Under the pieces are notes generated by a model. The model had not been told where the DNA came from and ran no database searches. It was given only the letters and a program-made list of their open reading frames with translations. From Octopus vulgaris (Eukaryota), in NCBI GenBank assembly GCA_951406725.2, contig OX597840.1, forward strand, positions 5,022,001-5,086,000: 64,000 bases of DNA, read 5' to 3'. The translations under genes and the position numbers were made by a program. Positions 42,684 through 57,582 of this stretch are shown here, piece after piece. How positions within the stretch are numbered: the first letter of the stretch is position 1; each line of letters opens with the position of its first letter.

Positions 42684-43465
42684 GGTGGCGAGCTGGCAGA
42701 ATCGTTAGCACGCCGGGCGAAATGCTTAGCGGTATTTCGTCTGCCGTTACGTTCTGAGTTCAAATTCCGCCGAGGTCGACTTTGCCTTTCATCCTTTCGG
42801 GGTCAATTAAATAAGTACCAGTTACGCATTGGGGTCGATATAATCGACTTAATCCGTTTGTCTGTCCTTGTTTGTCCCCTCTGTGTTTAGCCCCTTGTGG
42901 GTAGTAAAGAAATAGGTATTTCATCTGCCGTTACGTTCGAGTTCAAATTCCGCCGAGGTCGACTTTGCCTTTCATCCTTTCGGGGTCAATTAAATAAGTA
43001 CCAGTTACGCATTGGGGTCGATATAATCGACTTAATCCGTTTGTCTGTCCTTGTTTGTCCCCTCTGTGTTTAGCCCCTTGTGGGTAATAAAGAAATAGGT
43101 ATTTCATCTGCCGTTACGTTCCGAGTTCAAATTCCGCCGAGGTCGACTTTGCCTTTCATCCTTTCGGGGTCAATTAAATAAGTACCAGTTACGCATTGGG
43201 GTCGATATAATCGACTTAATCCGTTTGTCTGTCCTTGTTTGTCCCCTCTGTATTTAGCCCCTTGTGGGTAGTAAAGAAATAGGTATTTCATCTGCCGTTA
43301 CGTTCTGAGTTCAAATTCCGCCGAGATCGACTTTGCCTTTCATCCTTTCAGGGTCGATTAAATAAGTACCAATTACGCACTGGGGTCGATATAATCGACT
43401 TAATCCGTTTGTCTGTCCTTGTTTGTCCCCTCTGTGTTTAGCCCCTTGTGGGTAGTAAAGAAATA
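42684..43465 (+). mobile_element. SINE family B tetramer (head plus four ~184-bp units) with a 15-bp TSD
   Basis: Units start at 42731, 42915, 43098 and 43282. GGCATTTGATCTCAC is duplicated at 42663-42677 and 43466-43480. Confidence 0.9.
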
Positions 43466-43744
43466 GGCATTTGATCTCACTATGCAAAGACGGACGAAAT
43501 GCGGCTAAGTATTTATTTGCCCGGGGTGCTAACGACTCTGTCAGCTCGCCGTCTCCTCAAGAGAGATATTATTGGCATTTAGCACTAAAGTGCTCGATGA
43601 TAAAAGTTTAAATGTATTAATCCGGTTAGACGAAAGAGACCTTCCGGGTGAAAAATAGAAAATGAAATATATATATATATATATACGAATATATAAACAC
43701 ACACACACTTATATTCATATATATATATATATATATATATATGT

Positions 43745-44050
43745 GGAGGCGCAATGGCCCAGTGGTTAGGACTTGCGGTTGTAGGATCGCGGTTTCGATT
43801 CCCAGACCGGGCGTTGTGAGTGTTTATTGAGCGAAAACACTTATACCTACACGAAGCTCCTGCAGTGGGTGGTGGCGATCACTGCTGTACTCTTTCGCCA
43901 CAACTTTCTCTCACTCTTTCTTCTGTTGGCCTGCTCGCTTAGCCAGCGGGGTGGCGTCATTTGAAAGGCTAAAATAATGGGAAGCGCATTGTGGCCAGCG
44001 ATGTGTAGCAACATCTGATAGCCTGGTCGGTCACGATGATCACGGTGATA
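43745..44050 (+). mobile_element. tRNA-derived SINE, family D-related with a different 3' tail
   Basis: TGGCCCAGTGGTTAG A box, GTTTCGATTCCC B box, shared CCACAACTTTCTCTCACTC core. Confidence 0.75.
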
Positions 44051-44086
44051 TACACACATGAATGTAAGCATAAATATGAATACATA

Positions 44087-44245
44087 TAGGAGTGGCTATG
44101 TGGTAAGTAGCTTGCTAACCAGCCACATGGTTCCGGGTTCAGTCCCACTGCGTGGCATCTTGGGCAAGTGTCTTCTGCTATAGCCCCGGGCCGACCAATG
44201 CCTTGTGAGTAGATTTGGTAGATGGAAACTGAAAGAAGCCTGTCG

Positions 44246-44316
<71 letters not shown>

Positions 44317-44545
44317 GTATGTATGTGTGTGTGTCTGTGTTTTTCCCCCTAGCATTGCTTGACAACCGATGCTGGTGTGTTTATGTCCCCGTAACTTAGC
44401 GGTTCGGCAAAAGAGACCGATAGAATAAGTACTGGGCTTACAAAACAATAAGTCCCGGGGTCGAGTTGCTCGATTAAAGGCGGTGCTCCAGCATAGCCGC
44501 AGTCAAATGACTGAAACAAGTAAAAGAGTAAAAGAGTAAAGAGTA
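44087..44545 (+). mobile_element. SINE family A, full length
   Basis: As in the other copies. Confidence 0.9.
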
Positions 44546-44587
44546 TATGCATACACTTTTGTATTTATGCCAATATGTGTATATAAA

Positions 44588-44639
<52 letters not shown>

Positions 44640-44897
44640 GCATATATGCTTACATCTTATCTGTTTAACTCCATATAAGTATGTGTTTACAAATCGATGG
44701 TTAGATAACATATTTACACGCACAAAAACACAAATACATACCCCCCACACACACACACACATGCATGTATCCAAACATATGTACGCATATACAAAACAAA
44801 TGCATTTATATATATACATGATGTGTAAATATAATACACGCATAGCACGTATATACATACATATACAAACATATGTACACGTACAGAAACATAAATG

Positions 44898-44978
<81 letters not shown>

Positions 44979-45235
44979 ATATATGTATGTATGTATGTTC
45001 CCGCAAAAATTCGACGTAGCTTCATCCACACAGATACATATACATACATACATACATACATACATACATACACACATACATACTTACATACATACACACA
45101 TACATACACACACACACATACATACATACATACGTACATACGTACGTACGTACGAAGATACATAGCTATATACACAGGCAAACCACTTGTTTCACTTTGT
45201 ATGCACGCTCCCGCGCAAATCCTCTCCTACACGCG

Positions 45236-45266
<31 letters not shown>

Positions 45267-45478
45267 TACACACACATACACACACATACACACACATACA
45301 CACACATACACACACACACACACACATATATATATACACACACACATATATATATATATATACACATACATATATACGCATACTCATACATATACACTTT
45401 TACTCGACGGAATCACGTTCACTCACGTTTTAATATCTCCTACACTGCCGCTTACGAAAGCGATTCTCTCCCACACGA

Positions 45479-45525
<47 letters not shown>

Positions 45526-45643
45526 TGTATAAACCAGTAACAAATCCATGTGTGTGCGTATGTATATACATATGTATGTATATATGTATACACACTCTCA
45601 CTTTCCAAGAGAAATAAAGTACGAAGGCGAGATAGATAGATAA

Positions 45644-45704
<61 letters not shown>

Positions 45705-46059
45705 CTGTGAGAGAGAGAGGGAAAGAGAGGTAACCAGGGAGGGTGTATATAACAAAGAGGAACTGGTGTCTCTCTCTCTCTCTTCCTTTCTTTCTTTCTA
45801 TATATATATTTATGATAAGACGTTGACGGAAATGTAGAAAGACAGACTGAAAGAAGAAAGAAAAAAAGAAAGAGAGATAGGAAGAAGGTTTTATATATAT
45901 ATATATTAAAAGAGAGAGTGGGGAAGAGGGTGAGTGAGAGAGGAACATACACAGAAATATACAGAGAGAGTAATAGAGAGGCAGAGACGGAGAGATAGAG
46001 TTAGAAGTAGGAAGGTATAAAGAAAGAGATGGAGAGATAAGAGAAACATAGGAAAACGA

Positions 46060-46196
<137 letters not shown>

Positions 46197-46637
46197 TAGA
46201 CAGACAGGGGTAAAACGGAGAATGAGAGACAAAGAGACGGAAATACAGAGGGAAAAAGAGAGAAGGAGACAGATAGAAGGAGATAAAGATAGAGACAGAG
46301 ACAGTGAGATTAGGAAAGGGTTAGAATTGGATATATAGATAGACAGAGAGATAGAGAGACAAGTATATATATATCTATATATATATATATGAAAATAAAG
46401 AGAGATAGAGAAAGAGAGGGAAAGACATAGAGATAAACACATAGAGAGATAGAAAGAAAAATAAGCTAAGAGAGAAAGAGATAGAGAGACAAAGAGACAG
46501 GGAGAGCGTGAGAGAAAGAGAGAGAGAGAGAGAGCAAGTCGGAGAGAGGTTTAGAAAGAGACGGTCCGTTTCAGCATCTGGTATTTGTTGTCGTCGGTAG
46601 AATATGGAGCAAAGTTGACAGAGAAAAACACAAAAGC

Positions 46638-46758
46638 ATGTTGAGGTTTATTCCGATTTTGTTTGTAATAATATTAATTGTTTCTTTGGACAAGGTTTCT
46701 TCCAATGGCCACACAGATCTAACATTGAACCATAGATATTTCCCTCTCGGTGTTATAG
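46638..46758 (+). CDS. Candidate first coding exon of a secreted or membrane protein (signal peptide)
   Basis: AAAAGCATG start, MLRFIPILFVIILIVSLDKVSS-NGHTDLTLNHRYFPLGVI, strong phase-1 donor ATAG|GTAAGA. It is a unique-sequence island downstream of a long (GA)n tract. Confidence 0.55.
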
Positions 46759-46783
46759 GTAAGAAAGTGCTTTCTATAATTAA

Positions 46784-46817
<34 letters not shown>

Positions 46818-46929
46818 GTATATATTATATATTATATATATACACACGTGTGTGTTTATATGTATATAGGTTTGTGTGTATAAATATTGTATACGTATAT
46901 TCGTGTGTTGGTGTGTATATATACGTTTG

Positions 46930-46996
<67 letters not shown>

Positions 46997-47001
46997 GTCT
47001 G

Positions 47002-47077
<76 letters not shown>

Positions 47078-47086
47078 CCTACCTAC

Positions 47087-47169
<83 letters not shown>

Positions 47170-47257
47170 AGACACTTAAATAGCTTTCTTTATATAACTA
47201 CATATACATACACACACACACACAAACACATGTATACAACTACGTCTATTAGTATTC

Positions 47258-47317
<60 letters not shown>

Positions 47318-48490
47318 ACAACACACACATTACGCATATACGCACATACATATTTATACACAAACATAGTCATACATACATATCCATATATCTAAATATA
47401 CAACTCTTATATGTATAACCACCTGTTTTGCATGGCTCTGTAAGGTTGTGTAAATATACGTCAAACAATATACATTCATGTATATATATATATATATATA
47501 CCTCCAAGTGTGGGTGGGTACACATAACACACAGAAATATATATATTTGTGTGTTCAATGTACTTCGTTATACGCATTATATAAATAATGTGTGTATATA
47601 TATGTTTTATAGTCTGTTTGTATACATGTGATCCATATGTATTGATATATACATACACCAGATATTTATGTGTGGGGTACGTGTTTAGAAAGTAGGTGCA
47701 TATACACGGCTAAATACACGTATGGTATATATATACACACACTATATATATATACACATGTGTATGAATACATATTGTAACCATTCACACCTACAACGCA
47801 CATGTATGTATACACATGAACCCCTAAATGTATACATATATATATATATATAAATGTGTGTGTGTATAAATGTATGTGTGTGTATGTATATATGTGCGTG
47901 TTTGTGTGTGTATGTCTTTATAAATATATATATATATGTATATATATGTACCAGCCCGTATTTTAAGAATTGAGATGATACTTTCCTTTTTAGTATTCCT
48001 ACAACTGCTACAAAAGATGAGTGTTAGATAATGAACGTGCGAGTGTATATTGAATAATGTCTGTATATACACACATACATACATACATATATATACCCGT
48101 AATTTGGATAGTGCGGGTAAGTTTGTATCTATGAGTTCTCGCGCGCGTGTGTATAACACCCGAGTTCACTGACATCCATTTAGCTTTATATATATATATT
48201 TATATATATATATATATATATATATAAGAGATATATATAATATATATATATATATATACATACACGTATGTGTAGATGAAAGAGTTAGAAATAGCAGCTA
48301 AATGTATTTCGAGTTGAAGAAAAAAGAAGTACAGACGGTAGAAAAGAGAGGAAGGACCTTTATACAGTGTAAATTCGGAATGTACGTTAAGTCGTACTGG
48401 TCACGTCTGGGGAGTCTTCGATCAAACGAACGTTGACCTGTACCTAAACACCACCACTCTTACATACACACTCTTATACTCATATATACG

Positions 48491-48557
<67 letters not shown>

Positions 48558-49675
48558 ATCCATGTATATATATATATATATATATTTGTATGTATGTACG
48601 TATGGATGGGTGGATTGATGAGCGTTTGTGTTCATAAAAGGGGTCAGTGGAGGTGGTCGTGGGTGAGTGGAAGCATTCAATATATCTTGTAGGATGTGTA
48701 TATATTTTTAATTCCAACGTTTTTTATAGTCGGGATCGTGGTACAGATAAGATTCATTTTCTAAACATACGCACAAACGTGTGTGTTCATTCATACGTAT
48801 ATGTGTCTGTACACGCACACACACACACACACACACAAACATAAATGTGTGTATACATATATATGATGTGTCTGTACACGCACACACACACACACACACA
48901 CAAACATAAATGTGTGTATACATATATATATATATATGAATGTATGTATACATATATATATATATGTGTGTGTGGGATGTATATATACGACATGTGCACG
49001 TGCTTGCGTAACATTTGAATCATCATCATCATCATCATCATCATCACCACCACCACCACCATCATCATCATCATCCTCATCATCATCACCATCATTATCA
49101 TCATCATCATCACCATCATCATCACCACCACCACCACCATCATCATCATCATCCTCATCATCATCATCATCATCACTATTGTCACCCTGTTGAACCAATA
49201 ACAACACACACTGTTCATAAAAGAAAGACCAAAAAAGAAGGGGACACTTTTGGATAATTTATTCCTAGATACACTGTGGCTTGAAGAAAAAGAAGAAAAA
49301 AATAAATCGAACGGAGATTCAAACACAACGAGCAAGCCTGCGTACGTATTTCGATCAAGTCTGCTGGATCAGGTCCGACCGGGGGCTAAACACCACCACC
49401 GCCTCCGACGCCACCACCGCTTCCGACGCCACCACCGCCTTCACCATTTTCGCCGTCGTCGTCATCTTTGTTGTCATCGTTCGATTCCGTTATTTTTATC
49501 CTCCGTATTCAATGGTCAACCAGAGCAACAAGAAGAAGCTTTATTACAACGTCATCATCATCATCATCGCCACCATCATCATCGTCATCATCATCATCAT
49601 CGTCATCTTCAACATCATCATCATCATCACCATCATCATCGTCATCATCATCACCATCATCATCATCATCGCCAC

Positions 49676-49718
<43 letters not shown>

Positions 49719-50805
49719 TTCATCGTCATCATCGTCATCATCATCATCATCATCATCCTCATCATCATCATCGCCACCACCATCATCATCATCATCTTCG
49801 CCATAATCATCATCATCTTCATCGTCATCATCTTTATCACTACCACTCCCACCCACCCCACAAACACCACCAACGCCTCCGCCTCCACCACCTTCGTCGC
49901 CACCTACATCGCCGTCGTCATGATGATGATGATGATCATCATCATCATCATCATCATTACAATAATCGTTATTTTCATCATTGTTATCGTCAGCATCATC
50001 ATCACCATCGCTGTCATCACTACCATCATCATTATCATCATGTCTACACACACACACACAGAACCAACTGCGATTTGCTTTTGCCAAACTCTTTCCCCCT
50101 CCGCCCCTCAATGACCTACCATCACCCACGCACACCTCCCCCCTACACGCACCGACTCAGATCATCATATGAAGCCATCATGTGGTCACCCGGATGTCTA
50201 GAAACAACAGCCACCTATCCACAAATCACAACATACTGTCTTTTTAAAAGAATAAAATAAAAGACTCATTGGGACAACGTAGTTGTCAGGTTGGGCAATT
50301 CGATGGGGTTGTCACGACTGGATTGTCTCTGTTCATATGCTTACTCAATTCGGGCTGACTTGGTGGGTGAACAGGTACCCCCACCTACTCCAATATTGGC
50401 ATACATACACACACGTCGTAATTAAGACATATTGTACACACACACCACACACACACACACACACACACCACACACACATATCTGTTACTGTTGGACAATA
50501 TATTCGTGTATATAAAGTTGTGGGCATATATGGGTGGGCTGTATAATTTATTGCGTATGTGTAGAATACAGACACGTGCGTAGTTAGCTTTCTGTGCGTT
50601 TATATATACATTCATACACATATATATGTATATATATATATATATATGTATGTATGCGTGTGTGTGTGTATGTATGTATGTGTGTGTGTATATATATATG
50701 TCTGTGTGTATGTGTGTGTATATATATATATATATATAATATATATATGTATATATGTATATATGTGTTTCTATATATATATATGTGTGTATATATGTAT
50801 ATATA

Positions 50806-50941
<136 letters not shown>

Positions 50942-50970
50942 CATACAGACAGACAGACAGACAGACAGAC

Positions 50971-51111
<141 letters not shown>

Positions 51112-51475
51112 CAGGGGTGCCATACAGACCGATAGACAGGTTCTAAATAAACAACTGTTGAAAGAAAAATAGACGTCTGTACTGTAACCTGTTCGACAAA
51201 GAGCTTTGACTGAACAACGAGATTGAATCAAGAAGAAGAACAACAACAATAACTACAACTACTTCTACTGCTGTATGAACAAATATAAACAACCACAGCC
51301 ACAGCTGTAAGGAGACTCTTTGACGGAAGCCTGTTGGAGGTCGCCTGGTATGCTAGAAATAGTTACTGCTCCCGCGTATAACACAAACCGTTATTGAATA
51401 TCTGTAAGGATTAATGAGAATAATAAGGGTTGATTTTGAACATACGTCAATCGCTCCCCTCTGTCTGCTTGTCTA

Positions 51476-51553
<78 letters not shown>

Positions 51554-51618
51554 CATCTATCTATCTATCGATCTATCAGTTTTCTCTCTGTCTGTGTCTG
51601 TCTATCTGTCAACGTCTA

Positions 51619-51681
<63 letters not shown>

Positions 51682-51763
51682 AAGACAGACACGCCTGTAC
51701 ATATGTTTCTATCTGTGTGTATCTATCAATCTGTGTCCGTCTGTCTATCTATCTATCTACCTG

Positions 51764-51822
<59 letters not shown>

Positions 51823-52374
51823 GTTTCTCTCTCTCTCTCTCTTTCTCTCTATCTATCTATCTATCTATCTCTACATATACTAGAGCATGTGAGGGAAAGT
51901 GGAGGTGTAAATATATACATAAGCACATACGCGAATGCACTTACACACACGTATATTTAAGTGTGTGTATGTATAGGTGTTTATGTATGTATGCATGTAT
52001 GTCAATATGTATATCTGTGTAGAATGAGTGGGAGGACTTAAGGTCGTGGATTCAGGGGAGGTAACTGGCCAACTTCTACAGCTGGTGGATGTCGTTTATG
52101 TACGTATGTATATATGCATGTATGTATGTATGTATGTATGTATGTATGTATGTATGTATGTATGTATGTATGTATGTATGTATGTATGTACATACGTGTG
52201 TATGTATCTGTGTATGTACGCACGTGTGTATGTATCTGTGTATAAAGATGTATGTATATGTATTTATGTGTATATATATATGTGTATATATGTGTATGTG
52301 CATGTCTATGTATGTGAGTGTATGTGTGTATGCATGTATGTACGTGTATATGTATCTGTGTGTAAAGACGTATG

Positions 52375-52433
<59 letters not shown>

Positions 52434-52859
52434 GTATATGTATCTGTGTGCAAAGATGTATGTATGTATGTGTACATATGTGTTTGTCTATGTATGTGTG
52501 TGTATATGTATATGTGTGTATGTATATGTCTATATTTATGTGGCAGTATGTTATCCAATCTGTCTGTCTGTCCGTCTATACATCTGTTTATCCATCAGTC
52601 TAGTCAGACATGAATCACTATATATATATATATGTTTGTGTGTGTATGTGAACACGTGTGTGTATGAGTGTGTGTGAACATGTGTGTATGTGAACATGTG
52701 TGTGTGTGTGTGTGTGTGTGTGTACATAAGAGACAGTCTCCGTAAGTGCATATGTGATGTACGTCTCCCTCAATGGCTGTCCTTTGCATACCATATGTCC
52801 CAAGTAACTGTGGTGGAGGGTGAATTTAGAGGACACCAATCACAACATCAACACTGCTG

Positions 52860-53815
52860 TGCAACCACCACCACCACCACCACCACCACCACCACCACCA
52901 CCATCACCACCACCATCACCACCACCACCACCACAAACATCATCACTATCACCGACACCATCACCACCACCACTACTACGACTCCACCACTGCCATCACT
53001 TAAACCACCACCATCTCTACCACCACTGCCACCACCACTATCATACTCTCCACCACCACCACCACTACCACCATCACTACCACACAACATCACCTACAAT
53101 ACCCTCCACCACCACCACCACCAACACCATCACCACAATCATCACCACCACCACCACCACCACCACCACCACCACTACCACCACCACTACCATCTTCACT
53201 ACCACACAACAATAACATCACCTATCATACACTCCACCACCACCACTACCATCATCACTATCGCCAACACCACCACTACCACCACAACGACTCCGCCACT
53301 GCCATCACATAAACCACCACCACCACCACTACCATCATCACTACCACACAACAACAACATCGCCTCCATCTCCACCACTATAGCCATCACCATCACTCAT
53401 CTCTCTTTCGTCACCATCAGCATCATCGCCACCACTACTCTCTCCCACTCTCGCCATCACCATCACTACAACCATCACCCCTACCATCATTACCACCACC
53501 ACCACCACACATGCCACCACTAGCAACACCACCACCACCACCAACACCACCATCAACACCACTACGTCCAAGACCAGCATCACCCTACAGCTGTTCTCTG
53601 AAGCAACAACATTCACCACTAGCACTGCCACAACCACCTCGTTATCACCAATACCACCAACACTATCACCTCCACTACCACACTCTGTAACAACTACTAC
53701 TACCATCCTCACTACTGTTACTGCTACCTCTACCATTAATACCAATAATACCACCATGACCACCACTGCTAACACCATCAATCTGTCCACCACCACCACT
53801 ACCACCATCATACCA
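52860..53815. repeat. (CAC/CAT)n-rich low-complexity tract
   Basis: Direct reading. Confidence 0.9.
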
Positions 53816-54273
53816 TTTGTTACTAGGACACTACAACCAAACCATTACCTTTATCACCACCTACAACAGCAACAACAACAACACTAATAACAGCCATGAG
53901 ACAGACATTGTGGTTTTTTAGCTGTTAGAAATAGCAGCCTAATCTCCTTTCAATAACACCCAAGGGTATTTAAAAAGGGTGAAATGGAAGTACATATCAG
54001 ACAATGTAATCCTACATACAAGCCCTTATGTACCTTGCATCTGTGTCTGAATATCTTACTTGATGGTCATGGGTGGAAATCTTTATTAATTTTGGTTGAC
54101 TTGTAGCTAGTGTGAACAAAAACAATTATTGTTAATTAGAACAACCTAACCCTAATGATCACAGCAACTGCAGCAACAACCACAACAAAAACAACAGCAG
54201 CAATAAAAACAAAAACAAAAACAACAAATATAGAAATCACAACAATAGCTATGACACCACCACCACCATCACC

Positions 54274-54307
<34 letters not shown>

Positions 54308-54328
54308 ACACCAATATGCACATAATAA

Positions 54329-54637
54329 TGTGCCGGTGGCACGTAAAAAGCACCATCCGATCGTGGCCATTGCCAGCCTCTCCTAGCCCCCGTGCCGGTG
54401 GCACATAAAAAGCACCATCCGTTCGTAGCCGTTTGCCAGCCTTGCCTGGCACATGTGCCGGTGGCACGTAAAATGCACCCACTACACTCACGGAGTGGTT
54501 GGCGTTAGGAAGGGCATCCAGCCGTAGAAACATTGCCAGATCAGACTGGAGTCTGGTGCAGCCTTCTGGCTTCCCAGACCCCTGTTAAACCGTCCAACCC
54601 ATGCTAGCATGGAAAGCGGATGCTAAACGAGGATGAT
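54329..54637 (+). mobile_element. SINE-like family F with an internal ~62-bp triplication; a partial copy lies at 60678-60815
   Basis: GTGCCGGTGGCAC(G/A)TAAAA occurs three times, followed by GGCGTTAGGAAGGGCATCCAGCCGTAGAAAC and a tail ending ...AAACGA(TGA)n. Confidence 0.7.
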
Positions 54638-55042
54638 GTGAAGTATATTTGCCGCTTAAATGTGGCTAACCCTTAAGGGTGGATGTTACTGTAGCTAGTA
54701 GCCCCAGGAGAACATCTTCTCCAGCTGGCTATTGACACACTTTCTGTGCCCTAACAGTATTTGCAAAGGGAAGCCATCCTTCCCATCGACGACCAGATGT
54801 GATATGCACAGATCAAGGTTTCTGGGTTTCTGTGCTGATGACGGATAAATATTCAGAAACCCGGGTCTGTGTGTATCACGCCAGGTCAACGATGGGAAGG
54901 ATGGCTTCCCTTTGCAAATACTGATAGGGCACAGAAAGTGTATCAGTAGCCAGCTGGAGAAGATGTTCTCCTGGGGCTACAAGCTACAGTAGCATCCACC
55001 CTTAGTGGTTAGCCATATTGAGATGGCAAATATACTTCACAT
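54636..55042. mobile_element. ~400-bp near-perfect palindrome (foldback element)
   Basis: ATGTGAAGTATATTTGCC...GGCAAATATACTTCACAT, with ~190-bp arms around a short loop near 54830-54855. Confidence 0.85.
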
Positions 55043-55609
55043 TGTTGTGCAGTTACTGTTTATACCTCGTTCAGAGATTTATTAAATATTGTAATATTTA
55101 TTTCTTTATTGCCCACAGGGGGCTAAACATAGAGGAGACAAACAAGGACAAACAAAGGGATTAAGTCAATTATATCAACTCCAGTTCATAACTGGTACTT
55201 AATTTATCGACCCCAAAAGGATCAAAGGCAAAGTCAACCTCAGCGGAATTTGAACTCAAGACGTAACGGCAGACGTAACCGCTGTTTCACCTGGTATGCT
55301 AACGATTCTGCCAGCTTGGTGCCCTAAATAGTATTGTAATCTTACGGAAATGTACTTGCATAGCAAGTGACCTGATCTGAGATCATGTGCTGAAACAAAA
55401 ACAATTGCAGCATGGAAGGTGTTTATAAGACATTTAAAAACTCACAAAAAGCGTTAGACTCACTTCAACATTTAAATTTAATTTACTAAAATATTTTCGT
55501 TGCTTTGAAACTGCAACCTGTTCACTGACAAAATTCCGTGCTGCATCTCTATTATATTATATTTAATATTCTAAGTTAGTTAATTAGTTAATTATTTTTT
55601 AGTTAGTTA

Positions 55610-56440
55610 ATTAGTTAATTTTTGGCTCAAAAAGCAAAAAGCAAGGCCATGTAGGGGAACATGGAGTTATGTACAGGGTGGTGTTCATGTAAAGAGTTCA
55701 AGCCACTTGTGGTCAAGGGAGACTTTGAACCGAGCGGTCGTCGGCATCTTCACCATCTCGTCCAGCAGCTTATTCCACAGATCCGCAACCTGGATGGAGA
55801 AAGCACCTCTCCTTCGATTGAGATGAAATCATTGCAAATGGAGCTTTTTGGAGTGACCCCGCAGCCGATGCTCTGGAGCAGGAGTGAAGAACAGCTCTTT
55901 CAAAAGGTTACACTTTCCGCTTATGATGTTGTGAGCAAGAATGAGATCACCACGGCGTCGTCGTTTTTCTAGGGAATAAAGGGCGAGCATTATCAAAGAA
56001 GCTTGAGAGGCGGTTGGATGGAATCTACACTCGCCTCCTTATGAGAGCTCAAAATCTCTCGTGGAAGCGCCATCCAACCAAAATGCAAATATATGGGAAA
56101 CTACCACCTGTGTCATCTCTTGTGAAAGGTAGGAGAGTCCAGTTTGCTGGACATTGTTGTAGAGCTGAAAAAGAGGTAATTTCTACTCTTCTCCTCTGGA
56201 AGCCATCTGCTCGCAATACCAGAGGGCGCACACTCTCCTACCCTGATGTAGTCTCCAGGGATACAGGCATCCAGCAACAGGACCTCCGTAATGCCATGAT
56301 GGACCGTGAAGTCTGGCGTAGCATGGTAAATTCCATTGTCTCGACCACGGTCGAACAATGATGATGATGATCAGCCTTTCTTCATAAGACAAATTCTTGA
56401 GACCAAGAACCATGCGGGTAGCCAGCTTCTGGACTCTTTC
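55610..56440 (-). mobile_element. CR1-clade LINE 3' end interrupted by an RTE fragment
   Basis: GLKNLSYEERL | LYSLEKRRRRGDLI...RLRGHSKKL...FS.QVADLWNKL...FKVSLD, followed by an (ATTAACTA)-like tail. Confidence 0.85.
55990..56371 (+). mobile_element. RTE-clade LINE 3' fragment
   Basis: RRLDGIYTRLL...SW...RRVQFAGHCCR...LLW.P...RGR....DREVWR, then a stop and a (TGA)n tail. Confidence 0.85.
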
Positions 56441-57199
56441 GAGATGCTAATGAAGGTGGGGAACTGGCAGAATTGTTAGCCCAGTGAACAAAATGCATAG
56501 TGGCATTTTGTTTATCTTTAGGTTCTGAGTTCAAATTCTGCTGAAGTCAACTTTGCTTTTCATCCTCTCGGGTTCAATAAAATAAGTACCAGTTATGCAC
56601 TGGAGTCAACGTAATCGGCTTAAGCCCTCCCCAAGAATTACTGGCCTTCTGCCAAAATTTGAATGCATGAAAATGCTTAGCGACATTTCATCATTCTTCA
56701 CATTCTGAGTTCAAATCCTGCTGAGGTCGACCTTTGGCTTTCATCCTTTCAGGGTTGGTGAAAGTGAGCAACAGTTGAGCACTGGGGGCGATGTAATCAA
56801 CTTACCCGCTCCCCAAAAATTGCTGGCCTTGTGTCAGAATTTCAAATCAATTTTGTAATTCCATATGCTGTTAAGGTCAACATCTATCTTTCACTCTTCC
56901 AGGGTCAGTAATATAAGACAGACACTTGGGATTTAATTAGTGGTTGATTTCATCAAATTTACCCCCTAAACAAGCATAAAATATGAGTGTGTGGTTTCGA
57001 CTGCTGGTCTACCATAAACAGCCTTGCCCGGACTTGTGCTTGGGAGGCTAACTTCCTAGGTGCAATCCCATGGTCTGTGTCGTGACCGAAGGGGGTCTCA
57101 GATCAAAGAAATAATAAGTATCTTAATAGTATGAATTTTTAATTCTATTTGAGTATAAAACAGATTATTTAATTTTATTGATTTTATTTTATTTTTTTT

Positions 57200-57582
57200 T
57201 TTTACTTGTTTCAGTCATTTAACTGTGGCCATGCTGGAGCACCGCCTTTAATCGAGCAAATCGACCCTGGGACTTATTCTTTGTAAGCCCAGTACTTATT
57301 CTATCGGTCTCTTTTTGCCGAACTGCTAAGTGACGGGGACGTAAACACACCAGCATTGGTTGTCAAGCAATGCTAGGGGGACAAACACAGACACACAAAC
57401 ATATACACACACATACATATATATATAAATATATACGACAGGCTTCTTTCATTTTCCATCTACCAAATCCGCTCACAAGGCATTGGTCGGCCCGGGGCTA
57501 TAGCAGAAGACACCTGTCCAAGATGAACCCAGAACCATGTGGTTGGTTAGCAAGCTACTTACCACACAGCCACTCCTGCGCC
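57200..57582 (-). mobile_element. SINE family A
   Basis: As in the other copies. Confidence 0.9.

Noticed and set aside
42731-43465. Retrozyme interpretation of the SINE B tandem units
   Set aside because: I found no CUGANGA core on either strand of the ~183-bp unit.
49250-50260. 336-aa His-rich ORF
   Set aside because: Starts at a non-ATG codon, is mostly (CAT)n, and its short unique N-terminal part has no recognisable domain or splice support.
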